Shown here piece by piece: positions 24,280-37,029 of a DNA stretch of 53,261 nucleotides; the first letter of the stretch is position 1; each line of letters starts with the position of its first letter. The position numbers were made by a program, and so were the translations under genes. The stretch is from contig MU053934.1 in the NCBI GenBank assembly GCA_013239625.1, positions 403,241 through 456,501 of the forward strand, given 5' to 3'. Below the pieces are notes generated by a model that saw nothing but the letters and a program-made list of their open reading frames with translations, was not told the origin of the DNA and ran no database searches. The DNA is from Lama guanicoe (taxonomy: Eukaryota).

Positions 24280-24900
24280 CAGGATTCAGTCTGCAACCTT
24301 TCAGGTGGCAAGGAACAGAAACTCACGTAAACTGGCCCAACTGGAAAAAGGACCATTGATAATAAACACACGGAAATTTTACAGGAACAAAGCACTCTGA
24401 GTTTTGTGGGAACTGGGAACCCACTGGAAATCAAGGCAGCTGTCTTTCCACGTCCATCTCCGTCCCCACCTCCCTCCTTCCTTCTCATCATCCCTTCCTC
24501 CCTCCCTTCATCTCTCCCTTCTTCCCTCCCTCTCCCTCTCCCCCTCTGTCCCTTTCTCACTGACCCTCCCTCCCTCGCTCCCTCATCTGTGTTTTCCTCA
24601 AGGGTCTGCCGCAGTCTCCCTGCTCTACCAGCTGATGTCCCCTGCTGGCTCTCAGGTGCCCGCCTTCACATCCCCAGCTGACACATGAACAAGTACACCT
24701 GCCAGTGCGGTACCACTGCCTGGATGCCACCCTCCCTTTCTGCTCTAGACCCACTGCTTATGCCTCGTGTCTCTGTTCCAGGTCTTGGGATGGAGAATCC
24801 CACTGGTCACAGCCAAGCACAGGGATTAGCCAGACATCGGCCACAGACACATTCTTAGTCCAATCAGCCAAGGGCAAGGATGGATCCAGACTGTGATTCC
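24280..24900 (-). mobile_element. Old MLT1 (K/L-like) LTR remnant with an internal pyrimidine-rich low-complexity tract
   Basis: caggtggcaaggaacagaaactc at the left end and ccaatcagccaagggcaaggatgg near the right end. (CT/CCT)-rich tract at 24455-24585. Confidence 0.5.
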
Positions 24901-25934
24901 CAACACCATGACGAATGCCGGCCGGAGCCAAGGGTGAGAGCCGATTCTCTGAGACAACGGTGTTCACTGCAAACACACTGACCATCAGAAAGAAAGGACA
25001 GATGATTGAGATCTACCATCTGAGAGAAAGAGCACACAGACGGCAGGAGTGCAAAGCCAAGCTGGAATCAAAAAATTACTTAAAAGGAGTCAGATGTGTT
25101 TACTCAATTCGGGAGGAATCTGGAGGACTTGGCGAGAGACCAAATGAGAGCAATCAAAATAATCATAAGGATAAAAAAAAATCCAATATGCAAAACCATA
25201 AAAATACAGTTGTGGGGAAGGATGTTCTTATTTTATGCAAAGGGATACTAGTCAACAGTTGCAGAAAGCTGCGTTTTAACCCCATCAAGGGCAGACTCTG
25301 AGGGAAAAGGAAACAAAGCAAGGGCAACTGTTTGACCCAAAGAAGCTGATAGTAAATTCCAGCAGGGGCTGTGAATGCGTGCAGCAAAGTGTCTCAATTG
25401 ATATAAAAAACTCAGTATAAATAGTCACCTGAATGTGAACACAAGACATGTGGGGTGGGCAGCAGGGGGGACTCGGCATTGCCGAGAATTCTTCACTTCA
25501 TACAGGATTTCAGTATGGAGATGCCAGAGCAGGAAACCTCATTATTAGCTCCGATTTCTCTGCCCAAATGGTCCTTAGGCAACAAGAAGATAAATCTCTG
25601 CTCAAGTTCTGCTTTTTGCACGAGCTTTCTCTCTTTTTCAGCTTCTCCAAGCCGACCTGCATCTCTCAGCGTTTCTTAATGACGTGCTGAGATCTGAGGA
25701 GTGTGTGTGATTTATGAGGTGACGTCTCCTCCACAAACCCGAGCAGAGTGCACGAGGAACTTCGTAATTACCGGGAGGAAGGGGCGCAGCGGAGACAGTT
25801 TGGCATCATGATGGCCAAGGCGTCACGGTGGGAGCAGAGGTGACATCCCCGTCTAATCTCTTTTCTTGATGTCCTCCTAGTAAAAGAGCTGACCACTGGG
25901 GAAATAATCTCAGCACTTTAGGCAGTGAGTCTTA

Positions 25935-26092
25935 ACAGCAGAAATATTTTCAGAGCTTTGTAAAGACATATCTGCCAGCCCCCTACCCACAAAACTCCAA
26001 TTCGGCACATATGGGTTGGGATCTGGGAATCGCCCATCTGTAGAGCCCTTCAGATGACTCTGTCATGGAGGGAGCCTTGAAAACCACTGGGT
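25935..26092. mobile_element. MER5-like hAT fragment
   Basis: gagctttgtaaagac...gggttgggatctgggaatc...cagatgactctg...ttgaaaaccactg. Confidence 0.55.
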
Positions 26093-26579
26093 TAGGGACA
26101 CAGACACTTCGGGCCAGGAGAAGCATCAGAGGAGTACAGATTTCCATGGGCTAGCACGCTAGGTTCGGAGCTTCTGGTCCAGGGGGCTATCTTAAACAGG
26201 GCATCTGAGTTGCACGTCCAAGAGGTGGCTCAGGAGAGGGCTGAATGCAGAGTCCCACTGGAGACATCAGAAAAGGAGGCTCATTTCTGCACCAGGTGGG
26301 AGGAAGCTCTGAATGGATGTGGAGTTTCTTTGAAACCCCACGAATCCAAGATTCAAACAGGGGTAGAATCCCCCAAAACCTCTAAAATGCTTTTCCAGGC
26401 TGATGTTCAGAAAATGTGACAGAAGGTTCTGGGAGTTCTACTAGGCACTGACCCTAATGTGCTTTCCCATCTCGCATTTATCAGCATTCACTCCCAGATA
26501 CTCCCAGAGTGTTTTAAAGAATAACCTCCCTCCCTAAATACCTTCTTGAACTGATTCTACAAACATGAACTGCTTAATG

Positions 26580-26930
26580 CGTGTGCAACGGAGCACTCAT
26601 CTCTGCCTGAACACTCCTTCTCCAGATCTCTCCACACCTTACTGCTGACTCAGTGAAGTTCTGGCCTGAATGCCGCCAGGCCCAGGTGACACCTGTCTTA
26701 ACCACTCTATCTCAAACAGTCTCCTATGCCACCTCCCACTAGCTACCTGCTTCCCATTTGTCTTCATCGCACATCCCCCCACTTGACAGGTTTTTAATTT
26801 AGTATCTATCTCTCTCATTAAGATAGAGCTTCCTGAGATCCAGGAGTTGGTTTAGCTCACTGGTCATCTCCAATGTCTAGAATGGTGCCTGGCACATGTA
26901 AGTCACGAACATCTTCACTGAATGAACAAG
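26580..26930. mobile_element. L2 LINE 3' fragment
   Basis: ctctgcctgaacactccttctccagatct...gtctagaatggtgcctggcacatgtaag...tgaatgaa. Confidence 0.7.
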
Positions 26931-26976
26931 GGATGTAGATATCTATTAATAAGCCAGTGGCTCACTGGCTACAGGC

Positions 26977-27436
26977 TGTTATGGGTTGAACTATGTTTCC
27001 CCCACATTTATATGTTGATACTGTAACTCCCAGTACCTCAGAAGGTGACTGTATTTGGAAACAAGGCATCTGCAGATGTAACCAGTGAGGATGAGGTCAC
27101 AGTCCCATAGAGTGGGCCCCTAATCCACAAGGACTGGTGTCCTTACAAATTGGGAAATTTGGAAAAGACACGCACACGAGAGAAAGCCACGGAAAGACTG
27201 GAGTTACGCTGCCACAATCCTGAGAGTGAGCAGGGGCTGGGAGAGAGGCAGGGGACAGATGGAGAGAGGCGGGGGACAGATTTTCCCTGGCCCCTTCAGA
27301 GGAAGCATGGGCCGCCAACATCGCAACATCTTGATTTTGGACTTCCGGCCTCCAGGAATGTGAAGACAATGAATTTCTTTTGTTTAACCACCCAGTTTGT
27401 GGCACTTTATTACGGCAGCCCTAGCAAATCAGTACA
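26977..27436 (+). mobile_element. MLT1B/C-like MaLR solo LTR
   Basis: tgttatgggttgaac...cccagtacctcagaaggtgactgtatttggaa...gcagccctagcaaatcagtaca. TG..CA ends and 5-bp TSD caggc / caggg. Confidence 0.88.
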
Positions 27437-27764
27437 CAGGGACTCCAAATTGAGGAAGTTACTCTCCAGGCTAAAGCTATTCACAGTCCCCAGCTGGGCC
27501 ACTGAAAACCACGTGCTCCAGGCCATGCATCCCGTTTCAAAAAATGGGATTTCTGTGGAGTCTCTGAACACTGAGAAAGGACAGTGAGCACCAGGAGTGA
27601 GTGGACAGGTAGGTGAGATGACCACTCCGGGGGAGAGACTCAGGTGAATTCAAAGGTATAGGCAAGTTTACAACAAAATCAGCCAGTGGTGTCTTGCCGG
27701 GACCTTTCTAACTCCAGAACTGAGGGGGAGGCCAAAGGAGATCTTTGATCAACAAACATGTACC

Positions 27765-27917
27765 GGGGGAGGGTACAGCTCAGTGGTAGAGCGCATGCTT
27801 AGCATGCATGAGGTCCTAGGTTCAATCTCCAGTACCTCCGTTAAAAATAAATAATACTAAATAAACAAACCTAATTTCTCCCCCCACCCCCCAAAAAAGG
27901 ACTTTAGAAAAAAAAAA
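27765..27917 (+). mobile_element. Vic-1 SINE
   Basis: gggggagggtacagctcagtggtagagcgcatgcttagcatgcatgaggtcctaggttcaatctccagtacctcc, then an A-rich linker, C-run and polyA. Partial TSD gtacc. Confidence 0.93.
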
Positions 27918-29163
27918 GTACCAATTGGATTTTACAGCAACTATTAGCCGAGAGTAGCTCTCACCCCACCCATCAAACCTCTGGGAGGGACGTGAAAAGC
28001 CGTTCGAACAGTTGTGGGTCCCTCCTGGGTCCCAGTGAACAGACTCGTGCTTTTTGCAAAGGGCGAAGCCCACCCGTGAGTGTGAAAGACGTGGATTCTT
28101 CGGGCGTCTCGCAGAGAACCCTGACTTTCAGATGTCTCATTGAGACGCCACCCAGAAGGCAAGTCATTATTTCAACTCAGATGTCTTCTCCAAATACCCC
28201 CTTGTCATCTGCTTTCAAAAAAACACTGAAAAGATGATGTCGTTGGAAATGTCGTCTGCCTGTTACACAGAAGCGAAATCAAAGTGCTCTTTGTGTTAAA
28301 TGTGACTATCATCACACTTGAAACCCAGAGCGTCAGTGTTCCGAATCCCCCTCTGCCATCACCCGCCCAGTTACCAGCTGGAGGAGGCTGCAAAGACAGT
28401 TTCAGATTTCTTGATTTTTCCACTTTTTTTTTCTTATTAATTAAAAAATATTACAGTGTTTTAATTGCACTCAATTTAATGTACGATACCTGCCAGTTCC
28501 AACACGCTTCATTATCTACATTGCTGGAAAAGCACTTAAAAAATCACATTGCATAATTTGTACTTGCACATCTTTAAGGTAGATTTATATCTGAAACTGT
28601 CAAAGAGTGGTAGCAGCATTGCTCTGAATATTAAATTTTAAACAAGTGTCTACCCCTAAACACGTGCAGAGAATAATGGAAATGGGTCATTAGTTATTTG
28701 AGTAGGTAGCTAGTAAAAGAGGAGTTTTCAGGAGCAAGGGGTCTAGGGCCAGACTAGCCAAGTTCACATCCAAGATCTGCTGTTTTTCAGCCTTGTGTCC
28801 TTCGGACCATGACTTAAATTGTGCTTCATCTTTCATAGGAGAGAATACTTAATAGCACCAACCTCGAAGGAGTGTGGTTAAGATGAAGTCAGATAATGCC
28901 TGGAAAGTTTTCAGAATGGGGCCTGTAAGCAAAGTTTAAGCACTTGCTACCGTAAGTCTTTCCCATAATATTAGTAACTATCATCACTTGTGGAACAGTA
29001 AGTAGTTATTATTCCTTCACTCTACATTAGAGTGATTCTGTCAACTAGATTTCCACCACATAATCCCTTTGGCATTTCTATTTCTCCAATGTAATGGTGG
29101 GCGGGGTTCCATGTGTTCACTAAAACTGTTGGCTAATTTGGAATTTTCACTTTGAGAATAATT

Positions 29164-29330
29164 AAAAAAAATTTTTTTGTCCAACTATTTTACTTTTATA
29201 TTTTTTTGGGGGGGAGGGTGGAGATTAATTAAGTTTGTTTGTTTATTAAATGGAGGTACTGGGGATTGAACCCAGGACCTCATGCATGCTAAGCACCTGC
29301 TCTACCACTAAGCTATTCCCTAGCATCCCC
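29164..29330 (-). mobile_element. Vic-1 SINE
   Basis: tggaggtactggggattgaacccaggacctcatgcatgctaagcacctgctctaccactaagctattccc. TSD tgagaataatt / tgcgaataatt. Confidence 0.92.
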
Positions 29331-30529
29331 TGCGAATAATTTTTCAAAAATTCATCAAAGCACATTCAGGATCACGGGGACAGCCACCTTAGAGTGGAGC
29401 CACTTCTGCACCTGTGGTCATGGGCATGCTAGTCCCCGTGATCTCAACTCTCCTGGGCTAACGAGAAGGGAACGAAGAAAGAGTGGATACATGGATGATG
29501 CAGTTACACCATACAAAGGCCAAGAATGCACAGTGGTTTGGGGCTCTCTGGTGGGAAGAGAGGAAAGTAACAAGGGGAAACAAGACATCACGTGACACAT
29601 GGGCATTCCAGATTCTGTGCCACGGTGGTCCACCCAGAATTTCTGCTGGGAGCATAACGTAGCATCACCTGACGTAGTAAAATCACGCTGACAATTTGAA
29701 TGTTCACTGTTTTGTTAGAAATAATATCTAAATCTATGTACTGGACTGTTAAGTTTATTCGAGCTATCTCTTCAGAGGTTGCACATGTAAGTAATATTAT
29801 AGTGAAAATTATATTCATCTGAAAACTGTGTGGCTTGTGAAAGGGATGGTGAGATACTAAAGTGGAAGACATTTAGCACCCAGAGATTATACAGAACAAA
29901 TGGCCTGCGATCTGGCCGTGGCCCCTCTCCCCGCCCCACATCCTCCACCTCACCCTTCACCAAAGCGCCCCATGCCTGTCCCTGTCACCCAGGCCTCTAC
30001 CACTCCCCCCAGATGGGAAATCCTTACACAGCTCTCAAGCCCTCAACACCCATCCACGGAAGACCTCTGACTCCTGCAGGCAGAAGTTAGTGGTGCCGTC
30101 TTCCATTTTGGCAACTTTCTCTTCGTATGAAATCCTCTCTGGTCACATCTGTGTTCTCAGAAAACAGAAGGCTGCTTGGAACCAGAGACCATCCATCTTT
30201 GCATCGCTGGATCTACACTAACTAATCCACAGCCTGGCACCGAGCAGGAGCTCAGGGGAAGTGTACCTACGAGTGCATCGCCGGCGGTGGGCCAGTCCCT
30301 CCGCTGCGTGCTCGCCGCTGTTACCTGAACCCAGGGGAACACCAGAGACGCGTGGTTTGGTTTCGCTGGGACTCAGGAGGGCAGTCCTTAGCCCAAAGTG
30401 ACAATGGCAGAAGAGGTAGAGCAGGAAGTTCACCCCCAGCTTTCCCGGCTACAACTTACCACGTAAGAGTAACAATAGCTGTGATGGAATTACACTAGGT
30501 AACGTATTCTAACCTCCCACGTAACAAGT

Positions 30530-30690
30530 GTTACGCTAGGCACTTTGCATTCTTTATTTTATCCTTATAGCACCATGAGACACATGCGGTTACTACCTGC
30601 AGTTTTGGAGGAGAGGAAACTGAGGAACAGAATGGCATGGTACCCAAAAGTAGCACGGCTCTCACATGGCGGGGGTGGTACATGAACTGT
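30530..30690. mobile_element. MIR SINE
   Basis: gctaggcactttgcat..atccttatagcaccatgaga..gaggaaactgagg. Confidence 0.7.
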
Positions 30691-32339
30691 CCACCATGCC
30701 TGCCTCTCTTCCCAGCAGGCTGACTGTGCATCACAGGACAGCGGGGACCCTCTCTGCAGCTCTTGGTGAAAAGCCCCAGCATGTGTCCAGAAATACGAGA
30801 ACAGAACTGATGTTTTACTGTAGGTGAAGCCCCAGCGGAGTCAGGGACACCACGGCCATCTCCACATTACTCGTGGTGGCAGTGGCAGTTGTAACAGCAC
30901 CAAGACTGCTCTAGCCTGAAGGCTGCCCTTTGGCATGGATGCCAGGAGGGCGGGGAGGTGCTGAGGGTAAACCATTCTGAGATACTCACATAATACTTGC
31001 ATAATGAGAAGCTCTTTAATAAGACACGAAGCAAGATTTAGAACCCAAAGTGCTTGCCTCTAAGTCTGCAGCATCAGAAACCATCACGGGCGGTACCCAC
31101 AGTGAATGCACAATGTGTCCGCAGAAAGACTGTCTATGTCCCATCTCTCCGGAATTCCTTCTCTCCTGCATCTGTTCCATTTCTCTCCCCAAGCTCCCCA
31201 CCACCGACACCTTGACAACAGACTTACAGGAAATGTAAGAGAACCACGACACAATGACAGAGGCCAAAGAGAGCACCGAGACTGGCCCCGGGCTGTCCAC
31301 GTGTTTTATAGCCTTACATCCCTGGTACCCACAAGGCATAATTTACCCTTGAGAAACAAGACGGATGCAGGAGAAAACCCCAGAGAGGACCCCCTGAGAA
31401 CCTTTCCTTGGAGGGCTAATCTCGTGTGTCACTGCCTTCCTAATTAGCCTATTCGCAAGGGGGTGGCTCCTTTAGGGACAGCTATGGCCGCACAGAACCA
31501 CACGAGGAACTGTGGAATTTCAGGACCTAGCTCACTGGGGGTCACTGTGGACGTGATGGCAAATTTCTCATCAGTGTGCCCAGGGATGATGAAAAACGTG
31601 GCAAAGCCAGCTCAAGTGTAGCCAAGAAGCAGATACAACCTCCCCTCTCCTCCCTGTGACCCCCGCACACTCCGCTACGACGGCTCTCCATCCCATTGGC
31701 CTTCCCACAGCCCCGCAGACTTTCTTCCCCGCTCCCCTCCGGCTTTACCAGTCAAGGCTCTGAGCTTTTCTCTTCGCTTCCTTAAGGTGCGATCTGACCT
31801 CTGCTGAGGCCCCCACCCACCCCACACGCCATCATTTCAAGTCTCCATTTCCATGACTTCCAGATACCTGGGGTGAAACCAATTGCTTCCCCAAACCCCT
31901 AACAGCACAGATTCCCCCTGGAGCGAGCACGCCACGGAAACAGAGCCAACCGCAATCCCTCCTTAAACTGGGCACACAAGGAGGGAGGGAGGGAGGGAAG
32001 GAGAGGACATGTGGCCCAGGACAGCGTGGGTGGCGGGGGGCAGCTGGCACAGGTCTCGGAGACAAGAAGAAAAGAAGTGATGGGGGCCTGGAAACCCCTG
32101 GAAGTAGGGGGTGCTGCGCAAACACGAGACATCAATATGCAGAAGAAACCCAAAGCGCTTCTGCCTGAAATGCTGACGGCAGAGCCTCCCGGAAGCATCT
32201 ATTAAGGCACGTGGAAATTCCTGAAAATCTGAGTATGAGTAACACACGCCATCAAACTGCATTCAAAACTGCATCCCTAATACCCAGATGATGGAATCCA
32301 AGCACGCGCCCACTGGGACACCTGGGGAACGGGGGTTTT

Positions 32340-32533
32340 CTATGTCTGGCATGATGCAGAAATGACGGCGTCAGAATCCACTGTGAGGTTTGTCCAAATG
32401 CAGGTCCCTGGGCCACAACCCGGGTCTGACTGAACCAGAATCCCAGGCAAGGGTCTCCGGAATGTGCATTTTTTCCCACAACCCCCCTCCCCGCCAGGTG
32501 GTTTCTATTCCCACTAAAGACTGAGAACGCCAC
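32340..32533. mobile_element. MER5A-like hAT element
   Basis: cagaatccactgtgaggtttgtccaaatgcaggtccctgggcc..ctgaaccagaatc..aatgtgcatttt..gactgagaacgccact. Confidence 0.7.
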
Positions 32534-33029
32534 TCGAGAAACTTGTGGAATCAGAAATGGGTTCTAAGTCTGGCCTGGATGTGAGGACAGCTTTGGAAGA
32601 CAGCCCTCATCAAAGCCATGTCTCGGGGTCTGGTCCTCACATGCCCACAACCCTGCAGAGAACAGAGAAACAGCCCCGACACCGATAAAGCAAATGGCCT
32701 GCTTCATCAGGCTGTAAAATGCGGATGATCCCAGCATGACCCCACCTGGTTGGGAGACTCCAACAGAAGGAGACAGGCGTGGAGAGCAATCAGCGGAGGG
32801 TCTGCCACAGGGCAGGTGCTCAAAAGATGATGTATTCATCTATGATAGCATCTATCGACCCATCTATCCAGACAGGATGCATACAGATTTACCAAGTGTA
32901 GAAACACACAGCAAACCATGGCGAACGGCTCTCTGTTCTGCGGGGCCCTGAATCGTTCACCCATCAGAGCTCAGGGATACAGCTGCCCAGGCCCCAAGAC
33001 TCAACGTTTCCTCTCGTGAACTAGGACCA

Positions 33030-33885
33030 GCTCAGGCCCGCCTGACTCCCTTTTCCTGGTATATCCAATCCATTACCAAATCCCATAGGCGTCACAATAT
33101 ATCCCGAATCCAAATACTTCTCAGCGCCTCCACTTGGGACCGCCATGGCCCAGACCAGACCCAGCCCGGTCTTGGGAGAGGACAGCCTCCTTCATTCCTG
33201 GTCCCCCGACTGCAAAATCCCCTCCAGCCAACACCTGCTCCACACAGCAGGCCCCTGCTCTGAGCCCAGTGATGGGGGGGTTGTCAGGATTTAGCAAACA
33301 AAAATGCAGAATGCCCAGGTGTGTCCAGACTACACGTTTATCTGTGGTTTATCTGCAATTCCGATTTAACTGGCCGCCCTGTATTTTATCTGGAAACCTT
33401 ATATCCATGCCTTCCTGCTGCCCTTGGAATCAAAATCAATCTCCTTACTAGCATCTGCGAGCCTCACATCACTGGCATCGGCCTAACCCTCTGTTCTCAC
33501 CTCCTCCTCCTGGCTGTCCCGTGAGCACGTCAATCTGTTCGACCTCAGAATGGCTGCCTGTGTGGTTCCCTCCCATCCAGGACACTCTTCCCTCAGACCT
33601 TTGCATGGTTCCAACCCCTGACTCCATTCAGCCCTCTGCTCCAAGACGGCGGCTTCCAAGAAGTCCTCTCTGATCTAAAACTCCACTCTCCACTCAGCTC
33701 CTCAGCTTCCATCTCTTTACCTGGATTATTTTTCATAACATTCATTGCCAGTGGACGGAATTTCTTACCCATTGCCCTTACTGGAAAATAAGTCTTATGA
33801 GCAGAAACACTATCTTAGTCATGAATGTACCCCCAGAGCTGAGAACCACGGGTGGCACACAGTAGGTGCACAATAAACAGGTCCA
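33030..33885. mobile_element. L2 LINE fragments interrupted by MER53
   Basis: atatccaatccattaccaaatcc...atatatcccgaatcc...cctcagacctttgcatgg...ggtggcacacagtaggtgcacaataaa. Confidence 0.65.
33277..33401. mobile_element. MER53-like hAT MITE (internally deleted)
   Basis: TIR-like ends gggttgtcaggatttagcaaacaaaaatgcagaatgcccag / tttaactggccgccctgtattttatctggaaacctta. Confidence 0.75.
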
Positions 33886-34269
33886 GAGGGAATGGGTGTT
33901 GGAGAAGGCATCACAGTCTGTTCCACTCAAGAGAGCCGCACAGAAGCCGTGCCAGCCTGAACCCCCAGCAGGTGGCGTTACGTCGCAGTGACAGCTTGTG
34001 CTGGGACAATGCGTCAGGATGGGAGGTGGGGGAGCCCATGGGACTGATGGCCTCAAGATGAGGCAAAGAAGATGGCAGGGAGGAAGAAGACCCGCTTGTC
34101 AGGTAGGTCTGATGCCAACCTGGGTGCTGGCCACTTAAAAAGTAAAAATACTCCAATACTAATTCTTGTCCTATTTGTCCTCAAAAAAGGGCCCTCAATC
34201 TGCTTCCCTCTCGATGGATAGTAAACAAGAAAATGCCACACCTGCAGAGAACTTCCACAAGCTCATTTT

Positions 34270-34620
34270 TTCCTAAGATGCACCACAACCACATGCAGGA
34301 GGTATGAGTGTCCCCATTTTACTGGGAAGGAAATCAAGGCTCAGAAAGGTTAGGTAACTTACCCAAGATCACACAGCTATTAAGGAACCAAGGTAGGACT
34401 TAAATGCAGTGAAACACAGCAAGTTAAGCAGATAGATTTGAGAGCCCGAATGCCTGGGACAAAACACTAGGCCTGCCACTCTCTCTAACGTCACGTCCAT
34501 CTGTAAAGCAGTGGCCAGGAGAGTACTTGCCTCATGGAGACGCACTGAAGATGAAACGAGTGAGTCTTAATGGCTGAGAATAGCGCTCGGCACATGGAAG
34601 CAGTACCTGAGTGGTCATCA
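34270..34620. mobile_element. Two adjacent MIR fragments in opposite orientation
   Basis: tccccattttactgggaaggaaatcaaggctcagaaaggttaggtaacttacccaagatcacacagcta, followed by ccatctgtaaagc..agtacttgcctcatgg. Confidence 0.7.
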
Positions 34621-35315
34621 CCTCCTTAGCTCAGGTTTCTGGAGTCCGCATCCCTTGCACATTGCATTGTTTTGAACCTGACCTCTGGCTCCTCCCCGCT
34701 TCTTCCCCAGCCATGTCCTTCTCTCTGGACCTGGATCTCCTAATCAGTTAGTTGATGGAAATGGACTTGCTGGTCATGAAGCCTCCCGGGCTGATTAGCT
34801 GGGCCCCCCGGGATTTGTCTCCATCTTCCCTTGTCATTGTTACAGGCACACTTACTGGCCTTCCGCACATCCTTAATTTTTAAACCCCTCCTCCACCCCC
34901 AGCCTGAACCTCCTTCAGTGATTCTTCCTAACACTGGCCCTCGCTTTGCAAGGTTTTATGCCTTTCCTGAGCACACATTCAAATGTAAAAACACTACATT
35001 AAGCACCAGGCCCTGGTTTAGAGCTCCAAGCCAGTAAATTAAAAATTATAGTTCCCACAGTAACCACCTCTCTTCCTACTGTGCCTGTATTTAGAACTGT
35101 GTGTTACTGTCCAGGTTGACAAATTTACTGCCTTAATATACATACATGCGCATGTGCGAATGTGTGTGAGTGTGTTAAGAGGAATGCAGAAGTTCCGTCT
35201 CAGAACTTTCCTGACTTTGGGGAGATTAAATTCTCAGCCACAGTCATGCAGTCGTGATCGCCCCTCTGCCTGGGGCCCATTTCCTCGAACAGGAGTGAAT
35301 ACAGAACACATCCTT

Positions 35316-35400
35316 GGGGCAGTGGGTAGAGCTCCGTGGTAGAGTGAGGGCTCGGCCTGCACGAGGTCCTGGGTTCAATCCCCAGCACCTCCATTAAAAT
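35316..35400 (+). mobile_element. Vic-1 SINE (more diverged)
   Basis: gggtagagctccgtggtagagtg..gcacgaggtcctgggttcaatccccagcacctccattaaaa. Confidence 0.85.
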
Positions 35401-36488
35401 ATGCATACATAGAGAGAGGGCACCCAGATGGATGCTCAAGGGGCTGCACTCCATCCTCTGCCCCTGTGTGTCCTGGGTCACGAGGCCCCACATGAGCACG
35501 ACTCCCGGGGCTCGTGTCCCACTGTGTCAGGGGGCTGATTTCAAACTCTGCTGGAGTTTGGGGATTTGGTTTGGCAAGTGCCAAGACAGATCCAAAACGG
35601 AGAGAGAAGAGACAGAGAGGGCAGAAGAAAGGAGGAGGAAATAAAAACCCAGCGTGGAACAGAGGGCCAGGAAGAGAGATTTAGGGAGACAAAAAGGGAA
35701 AGGAGAATATACTGGGGAGTCCAAAAAGTCAAAAAGACCAAAGGAAGAGGAAAGAAGGCTGCACCAAACCCCTAAGAGAAGCGAATAAGCACAAGTATGA
35801 AGAGAAGGGAAAGAAAAAAGGAAAGATAATTAGAATGGAGAGAAAAATGATATGAATAATCTTTGAAATACTTACGACATGCATGTTAATGAACTTCCAC
35901 CCACAGATGGTCAACAAACGTCAGTCCCTCGTTTCCCCACACACTAGACGCTTCCACAGGTGATCCTGTCATGGTGTGAAGGGTGAAGCCAGGCAGGCTG
36001 GGGGCAAACAAATGCTTTGCCTTCTGTGACCCAAATGACCTTCAGCAAGTTGGCTGATCTCTCTGGGCCTCAGTTTCCTCATCTAAACTGAGGATAACAG
36101 GCTTGCCCCCGGGTGGTCCTGAGGCTTGAGTGTGCACAAGGAGACCCAGTAAATGTGCTATAGACGCACGAGCTATATTGGTCTTAGTGACTGTTCCTAT
36201 TACCCAGTCATCCCAACAACCGCAGATATAAGTGTCTGCATCCCAAGTTAACCCTTGAAGATACTGGTACTCAAGTTAATACCCCCGATAATCAAAAGGA
36301 GGTGAAATTCAAACACACTCCATGTGCCTTTCACTAGAGACCACGGGGGAGAGAAAGGAGGGAAGGAGAACATGGGAAGAAAAGAAAAAGGAGGAAGAAG
36401 CACCTTTGCCTCCTTACGTGGGATGGAAGACAGTGAGAAGGTAAAGACACCAAAGAAGAGAGAAGAGGAAAAAGCGGGTAGGGTATAT

Positions 36489-37029
36489 CCAAGACAAGGA
36501 AGCAACCTAAATGGCCATCAACAGATGACTGGATAAAGAAGTTGCAGTATATTTATACAATGGATCTACTCAACCATAAAAAAGAATAAAATAATGCCAC
36601 TTAAAGCAACATGGAAGGACTTGGAGACTGTATACTAAGTAAAGTAAGTCAGAAAGAGAAAGAAAAATACCGTATGGTATCACTTATATGTGGAATCTAG
36701 AAAAATGACACAAATGAACTTATTAACAAAGCAGAAACAAACTTACAGACACAGAAGACAAACTTATGGTTACCAAGGGGAAAGGGGAGGGTGGAGGGAT
36801 AAATTGGGAGTTTGGACTTTGCAGATACTAACTACTATATTTGAAATAGATAAACAACAAGGTCCTACTGTATAGCACAGGGAACTATATCCAACAGCTT
36901 GTAGTGGCCTATAATGAAAAAAAATATGAAAAGGAATATATACATATAACTGAATCACTATGCTATATACCAGAAACTGACACAACATTATAAACTGACT
37001 ATACTTCAGTAAAAGAAATCAAAAAAAAA
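36489..37029 (+). mobile_element. 5'-truncated LINE-1 3' end, related to the 16459 copy
   Basis: ccaagacaaggaagcaacctaaatggccatcaacagatgactggataaagaag...gggataaattgggagttt..gtcctactgtatagcacagggaactatat..aaactgactatacttca, then an A tail. Confidence 0.92.
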
